A DNA stretch of 63,980 nt, the filler included, from Intoshia linei (lineage: Eukaryota > Animalia > Orthonectida): assembly GCA_001642005.1 (NCBI GenBank). It is 5 parts of 5 records of this genome, joined end to end, with 100 filler letters (N's around TTAATTAATTAA, not from the genome) between each part and the next. Parts side by side here need not be neighbours in the genome. Positions count along the whole stretch, not along the records: positions 28,946 to 49,507 come from LWCA01000680.1; positions 49,608 to 59,243 come from LWCA01001346.1; 3 more parts are not named here. One strand, 5' to 3'. The notes beneath the pieces are model-generated. The model had not been told where the DNA came from and ran no database searches. It was given only the letters and a program-made list of their open reading frames with translations. Both the position numbers and the translations under genes were made by a program. Shown one piece after another: positions 37,050 to 49,941 of this stretch. Each line of letters starts with the position of its first letter. Position 1 is the stretch's first letter.

Positions 37050-37832
37050 AAATTATGCACCAGAACATGTAAATAGCTATTATTGTATTACTAACTATTA
37101 TGTATGAGTTCATTTTTTTTTCGAGAATTCACAAGAAATTGCAAGCACTAGACATAAGTGAGAAAACTGGACAAACATACCGTTTAGGTGTAGTGACTAT
37201 TAAGTATGTGCGGTATTGTTATAAAATTGAATATGTATAATATTAAATAATGTACTACAATAAAAATTGGAAAAATGATGCCAATAAATCTAGCCAAATG
37301 TAGATTAGATACAATATCCTTCATCTTGTTTCTGTTGCGTAAAATAGCAATATTTAGCTTGGTAAATGCGGAACCCATAATTCCCTTTCCAAGTCCTATA
37401 AATGCAGCCATCGGAAATAATAGTAAATGCTATTCATAGGGTTATCAAAATAAACATCAATACCAAATCGATATCAACTTCAAGCTAAGTTGAGAATAAA
37501 TCCAATATAAATAAAAATTACTCGTGTCATATATCGATGTACATGAAAAATTACAAATTTAAAGTCTTTATAGTACAAGAAAGAGTTAAAGAGACCTTTT
37601 GATAAAGCAGATATTATACAGCAAAAGTATATTTTAAGGTAGAAAATAGAATTAAAACTAGAAGAAGCTTCTTCTATTGTAAACAACAAACCTGCAACAG
37701 GTGCCACACCGGCAGCGGCTCCAGTCGCAATGAAATCTCTACTTTAAAAACATTTAAATTTTTAATTTACAAAAATTGTAATACCAATCTTCAGAATTTC
37801 GAAGTCGCCCAAACAATGAAAATTCGAGTTCA
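37050..37832 (-). pseudogene. CLC copy C, internal fragment
   Basis: LFGRLRNSEDC/RDFIATGAAAGV-APVAGLLFTIEE (short in-frame deletion), FYLKIYFCC and GLGKGIMGSAFTKLN; introns at the same positions as in copies A and B; 5' part missing. Confidence 0.85.
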
Positions 37833-37899
37833 TTTTCAGAAATTGGGTCCTTCCAGGTCAAAAACATCAGTTATCCTTTTAGTATTTAAAAATAAATAA

Positions 37900-38290
37900 C
37901 CGAAGAATGAATTATATAGATTTTCACCCATGTTTCTTTATTGGAAATGTGTAGAGATTCAATGTACATTGTTTTTGAAATAAAAATAATGTAGAAAGAT
38001 GGGGTAAGAAGATGACGAAGAAGTAGTGAAGATACATGATTTTGAAATTGAAAATTATCATAATATTGGTGATTTTAAAATTTTGATCACATTGTGTATT
38101 GTTTATAATTCTAGGGCAGGTCTGAATTAATAAAAAAAGGACAATTGGGTTTTTGACCTTGAAGGACTCAATTTCTGAAAATGAAATTTTGGGTTAAACA
38201 TCAATCTCGGAAAACTGAAATAGAAATATGGCATGTTTGAAACTCGACTCTTCTTACTTTCCTAAATAAACTGGAACAAATAGACAGACT
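37900..38290 (-). mobile_element. Helitron 5'-part fragment upstream of CLC copy C
   Basis: 37903-37980 matches ~8400-8480, and ~38135-38290 is similar to ~8975-9120 in the same orientation. Confidence 0.7.
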
Positions 38291-38919
38291 ATAACCAACA
38301 AAATAACAGACTTTAGTTTTAAAAAATGACTTAACGAACTTAATGAAAAAGTGACTTTATGTTTTGAAAACATGCCATTAGTTACGAAAAATGACTTTAT
38401 ATACTGAAAATGACTATAAATAAGAATTATAAAAATTAAATTTTGTAGTTTTGCGATGCAGTTTATAATTTATACCAATGTTTAATTTTAAATCAGTGGT
38501 CCCAAACTTATTTTGTCTCCGCCGTTCATTTCGATCATACATTTTGTTAGCGGCGCTGACTCAGCGCTCATTAAAATTTTTCCAATTTAATTTAAAATAA
38601 TTTACCTCAGAATTTCTCAGTGACAAATAACAATTAAAATGAACATTGCCTTTTATTTTGATACATGAATGTATGATCACTGTGAAACATAAATCCCATG
38701 GTTTGCATTTAATTTTTCTAAGTCAGATTCATCAATCACCTTTATCCACAATTTTTAGATTTTTTTTATCATGGGCTACAGTATTAAACAATGTCACACC
38801 TTGATAGTGCAAGTTATCCATTTTTTACATATCTTTGCGCCATTGGTTCAGTAGGAATTTGATCCGTGTATAAAAATTATTATTATTGAAAATTTAATAT
38901 ATACAATCCAATAACATAC

Positions 38920-41900
38920 ATTTTTTACTATTTGAATTATGAGACTTAATTATTATATCCGTGTAGCTTTCGATAAAATTGATTAATTCACCGGTAAGAA
39001 GCTCCTATACGATAAATATAATATTATTCAAACTATTATTATAAAGTTAATAAAACTATCCCAAAATCCAAATTGAACTTTCAAAATGGATCACCCTGGA
39101 TAGTTTTATCATGAAAAAATACTTCTTTCAAATTGTTTTCCGGTTTCATGAGTAGAGTAACAAGATTCAAACATTCTGCATAATTTCCAGTGGTACCGTA
39201 AATATGAGTTAGTAATTGAAAAACATTTGAAATGTACATATTTTTAATTGTTTTCAATTCTTTATTACGATTTATCAAAAATTCTAGTTCCATGTATTTC
39301 GCTTTTTCATTTATTATCTAAAAATGATGGATTAACAAATACATTAAAATGAATAATAACATTATTCACAATAGACTTTTATTAGAGATCTGTAATACAG
39401 TCCGAAGCTCGGATCAAAATGAAAATTGTTGACGTTTGTGCTTCGGACACTTTTGCAGAATTCCAACTTTTATAGCTATACTATGTAACAGTGGTTCTTA
39501 AACAATTTTGTATTACATGAATATTAATCATATTAATAAATAATTATAATTATTATAATCAATCATACCATTTTGCAATCCAACCAACTATATGATTTTC
39601 TTTTACTTGTCAATATCGATTTGAATTTTTGACATAGATCCTAAAAAGAATGTATGATTATGATAACAATAAAAAATGCCTCAGTAATTCCAAACAGATA
39701 ATCTGGTAAATTAGAATCGTAGTCTTTATCTTGGTTATCTTTAAATTTAGGTTGTAATCCATAAAAATCTTCAATTTTATTCAATTGGTCAACATGATTT
39801 TGAAAATATTGCGATACTTTTCGATCTTTCTGATTCGAATCGGCAAATACTTTTGAAACATCTTTTGATTTTTTAGTCAAATATGCTTGAATCAAAACAT
39901 TCCAATCATTATAATCATTAATTGTATTTGATAATTTATAAAAACAAATAAATTCCCAAATTATCATTTCAACGTTGATGTCGTTTTCTACTGAATGTGT
40001 ATATTCGGAGCAATCATTGTCCAATTCCTATAGGTCAAATTAAAATTAATACATAGAAAACTCTATATATAATAAATTATAATTGGCTAGATAATTATCT
40101 AGCAATGCACTATGAAATTTAGTACAAATTCCTTTTCAAAAAAGTGATCTTGATGGAAATTAAAAATTTTTATTTTCAATTCTGCTCATATAAACACCAA
40201 GGAAAAAAACTCTTATGTGCATAATTATTCGTTGAATAAAAAACGACACCGTTTCCACAGTACATTCATTAATGTTTAAATATACTTTACCGCAGCTTTT
40301 GTCATACCTTTTTTAGATGCATCCTGCACAAGTAAAAAAATTTCGCGCAACCCTTTTAATATATTTTAATTATGAAGAATACTATACAACCTGAAAAATT
40401 TGTTTATAAAAATCAAACAACCCTGCGCCGTTTGGCCCACATTGATTTACTATACTAAAAATTAAAATAAAGCTACGGTATAAAACAAGGGTTAGCACAA
40501 TACGTCGCGCGGGTCGAATGCTGCCCTTCTAGAATTTTCATCCGCCCCTCAAGATGAACAGGATTTAGTGCCCAACCTGGTAATGTACATTGTAAAACAA
40601 ATATAAAAATTACAAAATTATATTTTTTCATAATACTTGTCAACGGTTCTGAACCAGAATTAACCACCATATTAATAGCTTTAAAATTTTTATAAAGTAA
40701 AAAATATCGTATCAATTCATTAGCTTTAATAAGAATATTGATATCTGAGTCACAGTTCAAAATGAGCCAGTCAAGAGAATCAATAGCCGCCAAAGAAATG
40801 GGATCAATCTTAGTTTCAACGGACCAGTCAACATTTTGAGACATATTTCCAAAATCAATAGGTTTAGTTTTTTTCAATTCCAAAATCATGGAAGTACAAA
40901 TGGTATTAACGATATGATCCAAATCATACAGAGCATCATAAGCTGATTTGAGACAAACAATTTTACACGGCATGTCTTGTACAGGTAAATTACGTAAATT
41001 TAACACATAATTGCAGACGTGATTTTCATCAAACAATCTTGAATAAAGAGCAACATACTCAAACCGTTTATGTGAAACTAACTCGTTAATATATTCGTCA
41101 ATAATGCATTTATAAACATGATTATTTTCTTTAATGAAATTATTGGTTAAAGCCAAAAAGATGGTTATATTTGCAGACATTTGAGAAACACTATACGTCA
41201 AAAATTCCGGAATGGCATTGACTTTGTTTAAATTGTTGAGACAGTTTAATAATTCTAATTTTTATAATTTAAATAAACATGTATAAATTTAAAGTTACCC
41301 GTTTCATTGAAATTGATGATATTTTCATAAATTTTACATATTTCGTCATCAAAAGGGTCATTATTGTGAATTTTTTGATAAGAAAAATCTACCAAATTTA
41401 AAAGTTTGCTTGTAGGTAATTGATGGCGTAAATTTGCATAACGTTTAGGGTTTGGATAGACAAATTTAGAGTTATTTATTATAGTATTTTCTGCAATAAT
41501 ATCTCGATTCATAATACAATACGCCCAAAAACAATCGAGCCAGTCTTTACAGATTGGCAAAATTCCTTGAACATGTCCAATTAATGTGGAATATACGGCA
41601 CGTTCATACATTCCGATGTTAGGGGTATTAACGGCTTTTAAACAAACCTGCCTCCATAATTGTCTATTTTTATTTCCAGAAATAATGTTTAAACCTTCAG
41701 AATCTGTAATTCTATCGTTCCTATAATATTCTGAACCACATAAAATAATGGCGCGCCAATCATGCAAAAAAATTTTACAGAGTTTTTTGGCTTTTTCCAA
41801 TTGACCAGCTCTAACCAATTCAAATATAAATTTCCACTCATTTTCTTCATCAGTTTCGTCTACGGGTGACAATCTTTTGTTGGTTCGATAATATACATCT

Positions 41901-44900
41901 GGATCCAACTTTGAAGCAGTTTGGTTATTTGAAATTGATAAATTTAGTTTTTCAAAAGTGTTTACATAAGGAATACTCCTAATTTCACTGCAACAAGTAA
42001 TAAAATCTTTAGATTTATCCAAGTCATATATGTAATGTTGTTCCAAAACTTTTACATAATAGTCATATTTGGCAAAACTTTTAGACTTTTTGGGTAAAAT
42101 TTTAATAATATCATATTCCGTTAAAATTTCATCAAATTTTAATTCCTCGTCTTTCAATTCATTTGATTTAAAATGAATGTACATGAATTCATAAATTATT
42201 TTTTGAGAAAATGATAATTTGTAAATTCCATCGATAAAAATGTTACTAATGTAAATTGAATTAATAAACATTTTACGAATCTTACTTGTAATTGGTGTCC
42301 AAATTACTATAAACGTTATTACACGCATCAGCATATTTCAACAAAGCAAGTAAAAGAGATTCGTTGTTTTCAAGCTTTAAAAAATTCAAATTTTTAGAGC
42401 AAATTTGGTATTCTCTTAAAATTTCATAAAACTTTTCAGTCAAATCAATAAAATCTACAAACATTATAAAATTTGAAAATTAATTATACCTAATTGATCA
42501 AATATGTCAGTGGGTTCTGGTTTCTAAAGTAAATATAAAAATGTTTTACTAAAATCCAATATAATGTATAAAAATCTTTTCCAACAGGCCGTTTAGAGCA
42601 GGTATTCTCAACCCTTTTTCGCTGTGAACCCCCCAAAAGAATTAATAATAATGACAATTTTTAATGAATCATTGCATTTGGGTGAAACGAATGATGGTTA
42701 AAAGACATAGAGTACTCTATTTTTGCGAGATGACAAACTTGACGAACTATTAATGTTAACCTTTAACCCGTCAATGTTCTTAAAATAGATCATATTTTCA
42801 GGTATTGTTTACAGTACCTTATTAATTGTTTACTACATATTTTATCAGATCAATAAAAAGTCTATATTATTTATCATCCCTGTGAAAAATTAATATTTTA
42901 TATCCCTTGGTTCATGTTTCATAGAATCATGAATATTGACTAATTTTTTGTCCCATTTTCAGTTTGAAATTCAAAGCTTTTTTTTATGACTAAAAACTTA
43001 GCTCGGTCATAAATTTTAATAAAATAAAACCGATGCTCTTAAAATAAAACAATGGAGGTTTCCCAATAAGTTTTTACAATTGTAAGTAATTTAATTTAAT
43101 ACCAAAGAATTTACTTTTACATGATTTGCGCGTTTTATATTAGTATTTCTGAGCTTTTTTATTCTTATAAAAGACAGATTTAAAATATCAAGTTAAAACC
43201 TGATAATAAAATGTAATTCTTCAAAATATCTTATATCAAAGAGTAATCTGACCAGGAAAGAAGGAGTTCATACTGATTACTGTTTGTGCTGGAAATGTCT
43301 TCGTAGGCTACGAATCGTAGCTATGAATTTATTAAATATATTAAATAGAATTATATTATATATTAAAGCGTGGAATTATAACCATGTTGATGAAACATCA
43401 TTATCATAAAGTAAATGTATCCTTGTGCCAGCTAAAAACAAATCAATCTGGACTCCAGATTCTGGAGGGAAGAATAAACCAACCTATTAGAAATTTTTAC
43501 CTTATTAATAAAATATGATGCAATTAATCATATATAACATTCAAAAACTACAATGAGTTTTCAATTCTGTAAAAAAACAAGAGAATCATTTCCTTTAAGT
43601 TCAATTTATATTTATGAATAATACATTTTAACTTTCATTTTTTCGAAAAATCTCTAATGTTAATTGCTTTATTATCAATATTTATTAACAACCAAGAAAA
43701 TAAAATTAACTTTTGTTTTGAAAAAACGACTTTACAATTTGAAAATATGATGTTAGTTAAGAAAAAACTACTTTATGTTAGTGAAAATGTATATAATATG
43801 TAATAAATGTATATAATTTTCATGCGAGCCCTAAAGGTTTTTTTAACAGTTGAGAAGTAAGGTTGGGTACCAATTGAATAATTTCAAAATGTTCATACGG
43901 TGAAAGGGTGCACTTTTGATATAAAAATTCGTTCACACCCCTACTGCAGATACTTGGAACAATATTATCTCCTTTTCATAATTTAAATAAGTTAATGTAA
44001 TGATAACTAGAAATATCACTAGATTTATAAAGAATATTTATTTTTAATATTTAAACTTGTTAATTGATTTAAAAATATTTAAAGTTTTTACAAATTCGAT
44101 TTTACCATAATTGTATTTTTCCTTTTGGGCTTAAGTATTTATTTAGATTAAGTATTTAACATTTAAGTGCTAGTTTTTTCTCCTTAGATTAGAAATTAGA
44201 AAAAGTGGATTTCTCCCTTAAGGGATGGTAAATTTGGGTTTTTCCTTAGATTTGGTAAAATGGTATTTTTTAAAAAAATATTGGCAAAAAGGCATTTTTC
44301 CTAAATGGTTGGATTAAAAGATTTTTTCTTGGTAAGATTGGTAAAAACGGATTTTTAAAAAAATACAATGAAGTTGATTTTTTCCTTAAGGGTCAAGTAA
44401 ATTTGGATTTAGTGGTGTTTTTTCCTAAATAATATTAAATTAATTCCTAAAATAATACACTACTTTGGCCGTTGACCCCTGGAGTCCACAAGGAACCTTT
44501 GAGAAGTACTGCTTTAGAGTCTTAATTACGAGTTTATGTAAAAAATTGGAGAGCCTAAAGTTTAGTGGTTCCTCAATAGTCAGTTAAATCCAGTTTAAAA
44601 TAAAATTAGTCAAATTTTTATTTTTGGTGTAAATTAATCCCAAATTGAGATTCCCAATGCATTGCAATGGCATGTAATTACATCTGAGTAAGTTAAAAGC
44701 GAATTCTAGTACACAAAAAATCACGGAAAATTCATTTTGATAAATTTAAATTTTAAATAAAAATTATTAAAAAAATTAAACACTACAATAAAATAATATT
44801 AGCAAAATTTTCCAAATTATTGACTAAAAAAATGAAAACCCACATTAACCTTAACTGTTACAAAATGTAAAATATATACAACAATTATAAACACCTCTAA

Positions 44901-45122
44901 ATTGTCAAAATTTTCAATGCCTTCACCTACAATTAAACGTAATTTAAATAAAAAAGTAAAAACATTCTAAATCAGTGACATTTTCCATATTGACGTCATT
45001 AATTGTGGATGTTTCAAGAATATTGTCAAGTTTACTAAGTGCTAAATTTTAACAAATCATTTAAATATACATTTGATAATAATACCATTTTCTACACGTA
45101 TGGATGAGACATTTAGATCCAT
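38920..45122 (-). CDS. NUP107: Nucleoporin Nup107 (Nup84)
   Basis: LDPD, D..DE....FELVRAGQLEKA..LC, WRA.ILCG, GNKNRQLWR, YERAVY, WLDCFWAY and IDSLDWL. The ORF-track ATG at 42464 overlaps an acceptor (ATGTTTGTAG). Upstream exons at ~42525-42490 and ~45122-44600 suggest a start at 45122. Both ends are approximate. Confidence 0.88.
42599..44511. mobile_element. hAT (Charlie/Buster-like) non-autonomous or composite element in a probable Nup107 intron
   Basis: CAGGTATTCTCAACC ... TTGAGAAGTACTG with TSD GTTTAGAG/CTTTAGAG; internal GGTAAAA-type subrepeats at ~44190-44430. Confidence 0.75.
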
Positions 45123-45239
45123 TGAATAAATTTTAAAAATCCATACAATTCGCTTTAAAAATAACTTTATTAATATAACGATAATATAAACTTTAACATA
45201 ATATATATAAAATCGTACAGTGTAAATTAAAATTAACAA

Positions 45240-47118
45240 ATGGGTAAAAACAAAAAATCAGCTGTAGATTATGATTCTTCACACGAAGATGACGATATCA
45301 CAAAAAAAGTTTATTTACAATAATAAATGTGTAAATATAACTTAGAACATTACCGTATCATTTTCAGGACATGTGATTCAACAAAATCACACTTCAGGAA
45401 TTTATGATCTTTTAGTAGAGGTAAATTTTTCATATTGACTTAATTTATATATTGTAAGAAATTTCCACCTGACCACATTGATCTCAACTTACTTGTGAAG
45501 GAAATCACCAAATTGGGAAGTTTTGGAACAGTTTTAATTGTATGACTACTATTTTATTCTATTATAAATTTAAATTTATTTAGTGGTTCCCGATTCAAAT
45601 AATTTATTGAGTCAGTACTACTGACCCCCATTTCAAAATGTTTATTGTTTAGGATAAATATAAAACATTTATGAAAAAATATTAGAAAAGAGATTTTTTT
45701 ATTGGTTGGTAAAATTGGATGTTTTATTTTGGGTTTTGGATTAGGAAGTTCTTGCGGATAAGATTTAGTAAATCGTATTTTCTAAAAAAATATTGAAAAA
45801 AGAGGATATTTTTCTTAAAGGTTGGTAAAAGTGGATTTTATGTTGGTTTTTCTCATAAGATTTGGTAAAATTGTGTTTTCAAAAAAATATTGGAAGGCAT
45901 ATTTCCCATAAGGGTTAGTAAAATTATATTTTTGATTTTGGGTTTGATTGAGTGAATTTTTTTCATAAGGTTTGGTAAAAGTCGATTTTTCACGGTAAGT
46001 TTGAAAAGGTATTTTTTATGAAATGTTATAAATGGTGGGATAAAAGCACGATTTTTTAAATAATACTATAGCGGTCGTCTAGGCTTTGGGATAAATTACC
46101 AATATCTGTCAACTGAGTTGACTCAACTTTATAATAAATATTAAAAATTCTCCTATCAAATAAACAAAAGTTGATAAAAAATTTTTTTATTGTATTTGTA
46201 ACTCTCGGACGCCAATCGGGAACCACTGATTTAAATTGAGTATGTCTATATATCCGGCCATTTAGGCGTTATTTTCGGAGCTTCAAATTTTTTAATTTTT
46301 AATAATAGGGTCATTTATAGTTTGTTTTGAATTTGTATTTAAAATTTCTGATACTATTTTTCTTTATAAATGGTTAGACACAACAATCTAATTTTATATA
46401 AGATATTTAGGAATTGGATGACGGCAAAGAATCTTTTAAAAATAAGCTTCATGAAACTAATTTTTTCGAAGACTCTGAAGAAATAGTATTTGCTGTTACA
46501 GCTGGTATTATTGTCGATATGAAGGTTTACTTTTTTGTATTCTTTATTAACATTTACAGGATGAATCAAATATAATTTACAAATATTTACACAAATTATC
46601 AAAAAAGAACAGTGATGTTTTAAAATTATTAAACTCAAACAAAAAGTTTTGCATGATATTTAATGAAAGACATGAACCCGACAGTTTAGCTTCTATCGCA
46701 CCAGATATGTTTAACATGTTATTGTAATATACACAACTTTTACTCAAATTTTGACGTTTTTAATAATTTAAAATTTAGTAACGATATAAAATTGTACAAT
46801 AAATCCAATAAAGATGATCCGATTACTGATTTACTTTTGCTTTCGTCCAGTAGTGAATCCAAAAAAAACGAAACAATATACTTGTATTCCGAAGATGAAA
46901 TTATAAACCAAAGTGCTCATTTTTCAAGTAAATGTGCAAAAATTTTACAAAATTATCCAGATGATTTATCTTTATTATGTTGGAAATTTGATGAAAATTC
47001 ACGAATTTTAAATAGAATTGAAGAAGGTGCATTTTTATTTTTATTATATTTAATTTTCATTTTTAGCACATTTCAATTCGCTTTGATTTTCATAAATTGT
47101 TATCAATTCATCATATAG
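45240..47118 (+). CDS. BCCIP: BCCIP / Bcp1 homolog
   Basis: Spliced segments ITVSFSGH..HTSGIYDLL..F...IDLNLLV..I....FGTVL, MIFNERH....IAPDMF, YSEDEII and CWKFDE parallel the BCCIP V.xEF..D..GIK.LL / GLLLSERF.N.P..IA.PM / N.EEE / W.FDD blocks. The stop is at 47086, 47118 or 47173 depending on the last splice. Confidence 0.78.
45581..46228. mobile_element. hAT MITE with an internal minisatellite, in a BCCIP intron
   Basis: TAGTGGTTCCCGATT ... AATCGGGAACCACTG; homologous to 48890-49311. Confidence 0.8.
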
Positions 47119-48558
47119 TAAAAACAAACTTGAAGCAGATTTTATCTAATGTAAAGAAAATTATTTATCAATAAATAACTACCAGTAAATTGTAACGTAT
47201 TAGGGTTGAATTGAATGCTTCTTGAATTTGTTTCAATTCTTTCTAAATTTTATCAAATATTTTTAATTTAGTTTTACCAATTGGTTTGAGGTGTTGCATT
47301 GTACGATGTGAATGTTATCCATTTGACTTAGTTCTAAAATTGTAAAGGAAAATTAGGTTTAAATGTTATTTCTACTTTTCAAATAGGGAAAATCTAAATT
47401 TACAAATTCTTTAAGTTTTCTTAGGTTTGTGATGGCTTCTCTAATGTTTTTTTCTTCTAAATTATTGATTTAACTATATATTTTGTCAATTAACTTTTTT
47501 GTGGTGGTCCATTTGCCTTAAAATAAATAAGAAATTCTAGTTAATTGATTTTATATTATATAAAGTCAAGACGAGTGACTTTTTAAAAAATCAAAATTGG
47601 GAAAAATAGTTTTCAAAAAGGTTATTTTACACTTGGTAAAAAATTTTCAATATTTGATAGTTTCTTAGTTTTAGCGGCATTTAATAAACCATTTAGTTAT
47701 AATAGTGACGAATGAAAAATTTAAAAAATCAATTATAAATATTGTACGGTAAACTAAATTAGGTTGACTAATAGTACCAAATTGTTTACGTTGTTTAAAT
47801 TGTTCTTAAACTTAAAACTCCACGGATTCATTATTCAAACAAAAAATTATAAAGTTTAAGTAATAATAAGCTACATTTATCAAATATTGATCTACTCTGT
47901 TGTAATTCAAAAACCTAACCTTTTTTTAAAAATAAAATCAGTCCTAGAATTTAAAAAAACATAAATTCTAGGAGTTTTTAAAATCAAGCATTATCATAAA
48001 TCGCCACCTTAAAAATCTACATTTTGTTCAAAAATAATGTTTTTTTATAATATTTTTATTACAATTGATGTGCACTAGGTAAAACTGCATAGAAACACCG
48101 CCTCCCCGTACAATTATCTATAAATTATTCCATCACCTATTCGCACACATGTAAAACTATAAACCGCGGCGAAAATGATAACATTTAAAATATAATAAAA
48201 AAACTACGTGACAAAATATTTTCGACAGATATATTTTCATATTGCTTTGCATTACCTAAAGATCCAATATTCTTAATAAATGTCTCTATATGAAATGATG
48301 AAATATAAAACTGTATACATAGACAAAGTTTATACCTTTTTTGGGGAAATTGGACAATATTTCATTAAAAATTAACTGTGACTTTTTTTTAATTTCAAAA
48401 ATTTTATTTTTCTATATAAAAAAATATACTGAATAATAAAATAACTATACCAAATTAATGGGTATATTTTGTTGATAACCACAATTAGTTTCAATGATAT
48501 CTAATCTTGATTCCAATGATTTAAGACTTTGGTTTACTAAATTTTCAAATGTATTCAT
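47050..48558 (-). CDS. DCTN3: Dynactin subunit 3 (p24/p22) homolog
   Basis: Exons give LKSLESRLDIIETNCG, EKNIREAITNLRKL..LDFPYLK, LSQMDNIHIVQ and RYNLL|IKSASSLFLLYDELITIYE. These are collinear with recalled DCTN3 segments LQRLQARVEELERWVYG, LQRLAQIHIQQ and [23 protein letters not shown]. Last intron 47182-47146 (37 nt). Confidence 0.7.
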
Positions 48559-48889
48559 TTTAAAAATGTTTCCATGAAATGAAATAGAAATAAATTTAAT
48601 TTTATTTTAATACGTTTAAACAGTAAAACTCAATGAAAAAATTTGCAATCGTCATGTTGAATATGGGCGGTCCAAAGAAAATAAGTCATTTACATGATTT
48701 TTATATCAATCTGTTCACTGATGGGGATATAATTAAATTGCCTTTTCAAAAGTAATTTTGTAATAGGTAATATATGTTTGGTTGCCGAAAAATTTTGTGG
48801 GACAAAATTTAGATTTAAATTAGTTTAGAATTTTGAGAACCTCGCTTGAAAATTTTGTTTCGCACTTGATAGTATAATATAGTCTATAT

Positions 48890-49311
48890 CAGTGGATTCA
48901 AATAGTGTACGGAGTCCCATTTCAAAATATTTTTTTTTGGGACCCCAAATCAAACATGACATAAAACATTTATGAAAAAATTAACAGTTTTTTCTCATAA
49001 TATTTGTAAAATATTGGAAAAATGTATTTTTTATTTTGTAGTTATATTAGTGGGGTTTTCAATAAATTGATAAAAGTCGATTTGGAAATGGTTTTTTTTA
49101 ATAAATTTTATTAATGGGATAAAAGTAGGATTTTTGAAATAATAATGTAACGGTCGTCTAGGCGTTGGGATAAATTCCTACATCTGGCAACTGTAATACA
49201 TATATATGTATGTATTAATAATTGTTCTATAAAAATATACAAAAGTTGATCAATTTTATTTCAATTAATTTGTATCCCAAGGGGTCCAGGGACCCCAATC
49301 AAGAACCACTG
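48890..49311. mobile_element. hAT MITE, 422 bp
   Basis: CAGTGGATTC ... GAACCACTG with perfect TSD GTCTATAT (48882-48889 and 49312-49319). Confidence 0.88.
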
Positions 49312-49941
49312 GTCTATATATTATAAATGATTACTAACTAATATATTTTGAAAATTATGCAATCTTAACACAATGCAGCTTAAGCATGACTAATTTTTAG
49401 CTAAACTTGCCATATTCCAAACATCTTCATCGTTTACATCAGTGTTTTTTAATCTTTTTCAGTACATGGACCCTTTAGCTATTTTATATTATTCGTGGAC
49501 CCCCTATNNNNNNNNNNNNNNNNNNNNNNNNNNNNNNNNNNNNNNNNNNNNTTAATTAATTAANNNNNNNNNNNNNNNNNNNNNNNNNNNNNNNNNNNNN
49601 NNNNNNNGGAATTTTTTATCTAGTAACGTTAAAAAATATTTAATATTGTACCATAATAAATTTTAATATTTAATTTTTTAAATTATTTTTAACAGGGGGG
49701 GACCAAATATAATGTTTAATGTATTTTTTATAGGTTAAAAAAGTTAGAATTTTATTTTGATAGGTTATAATTTGACGATTTTATAGGTTAGAAAAAGTTT
49801 GCCCTAATCATGATTCATGAGTAAAATTTAATTTAATTCATGACTGATAAAATACGTTTTAATAAAAATATAACATTTTTACGGACCCCTAAAAGTCCAC
49901 ATTGACAACTGTGACGATGAATGATACATAATTAGCAATAC

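Noticed and set aside
42282-42464. ATG 42464 as the Nup107 start
   Set aside because: It overlaps a good acceptor with a phase-compatible upstream exon (KPEPTDIFDQL); not fully excluded, but disfavoured.
48450-48558. SKA1-like reading of the exon containing NCG
   Set aside because: Downstream exons fit DCTN3 (IHIxQ, F..[WY]DEL) and no SKA1 C-terminal domain is present.
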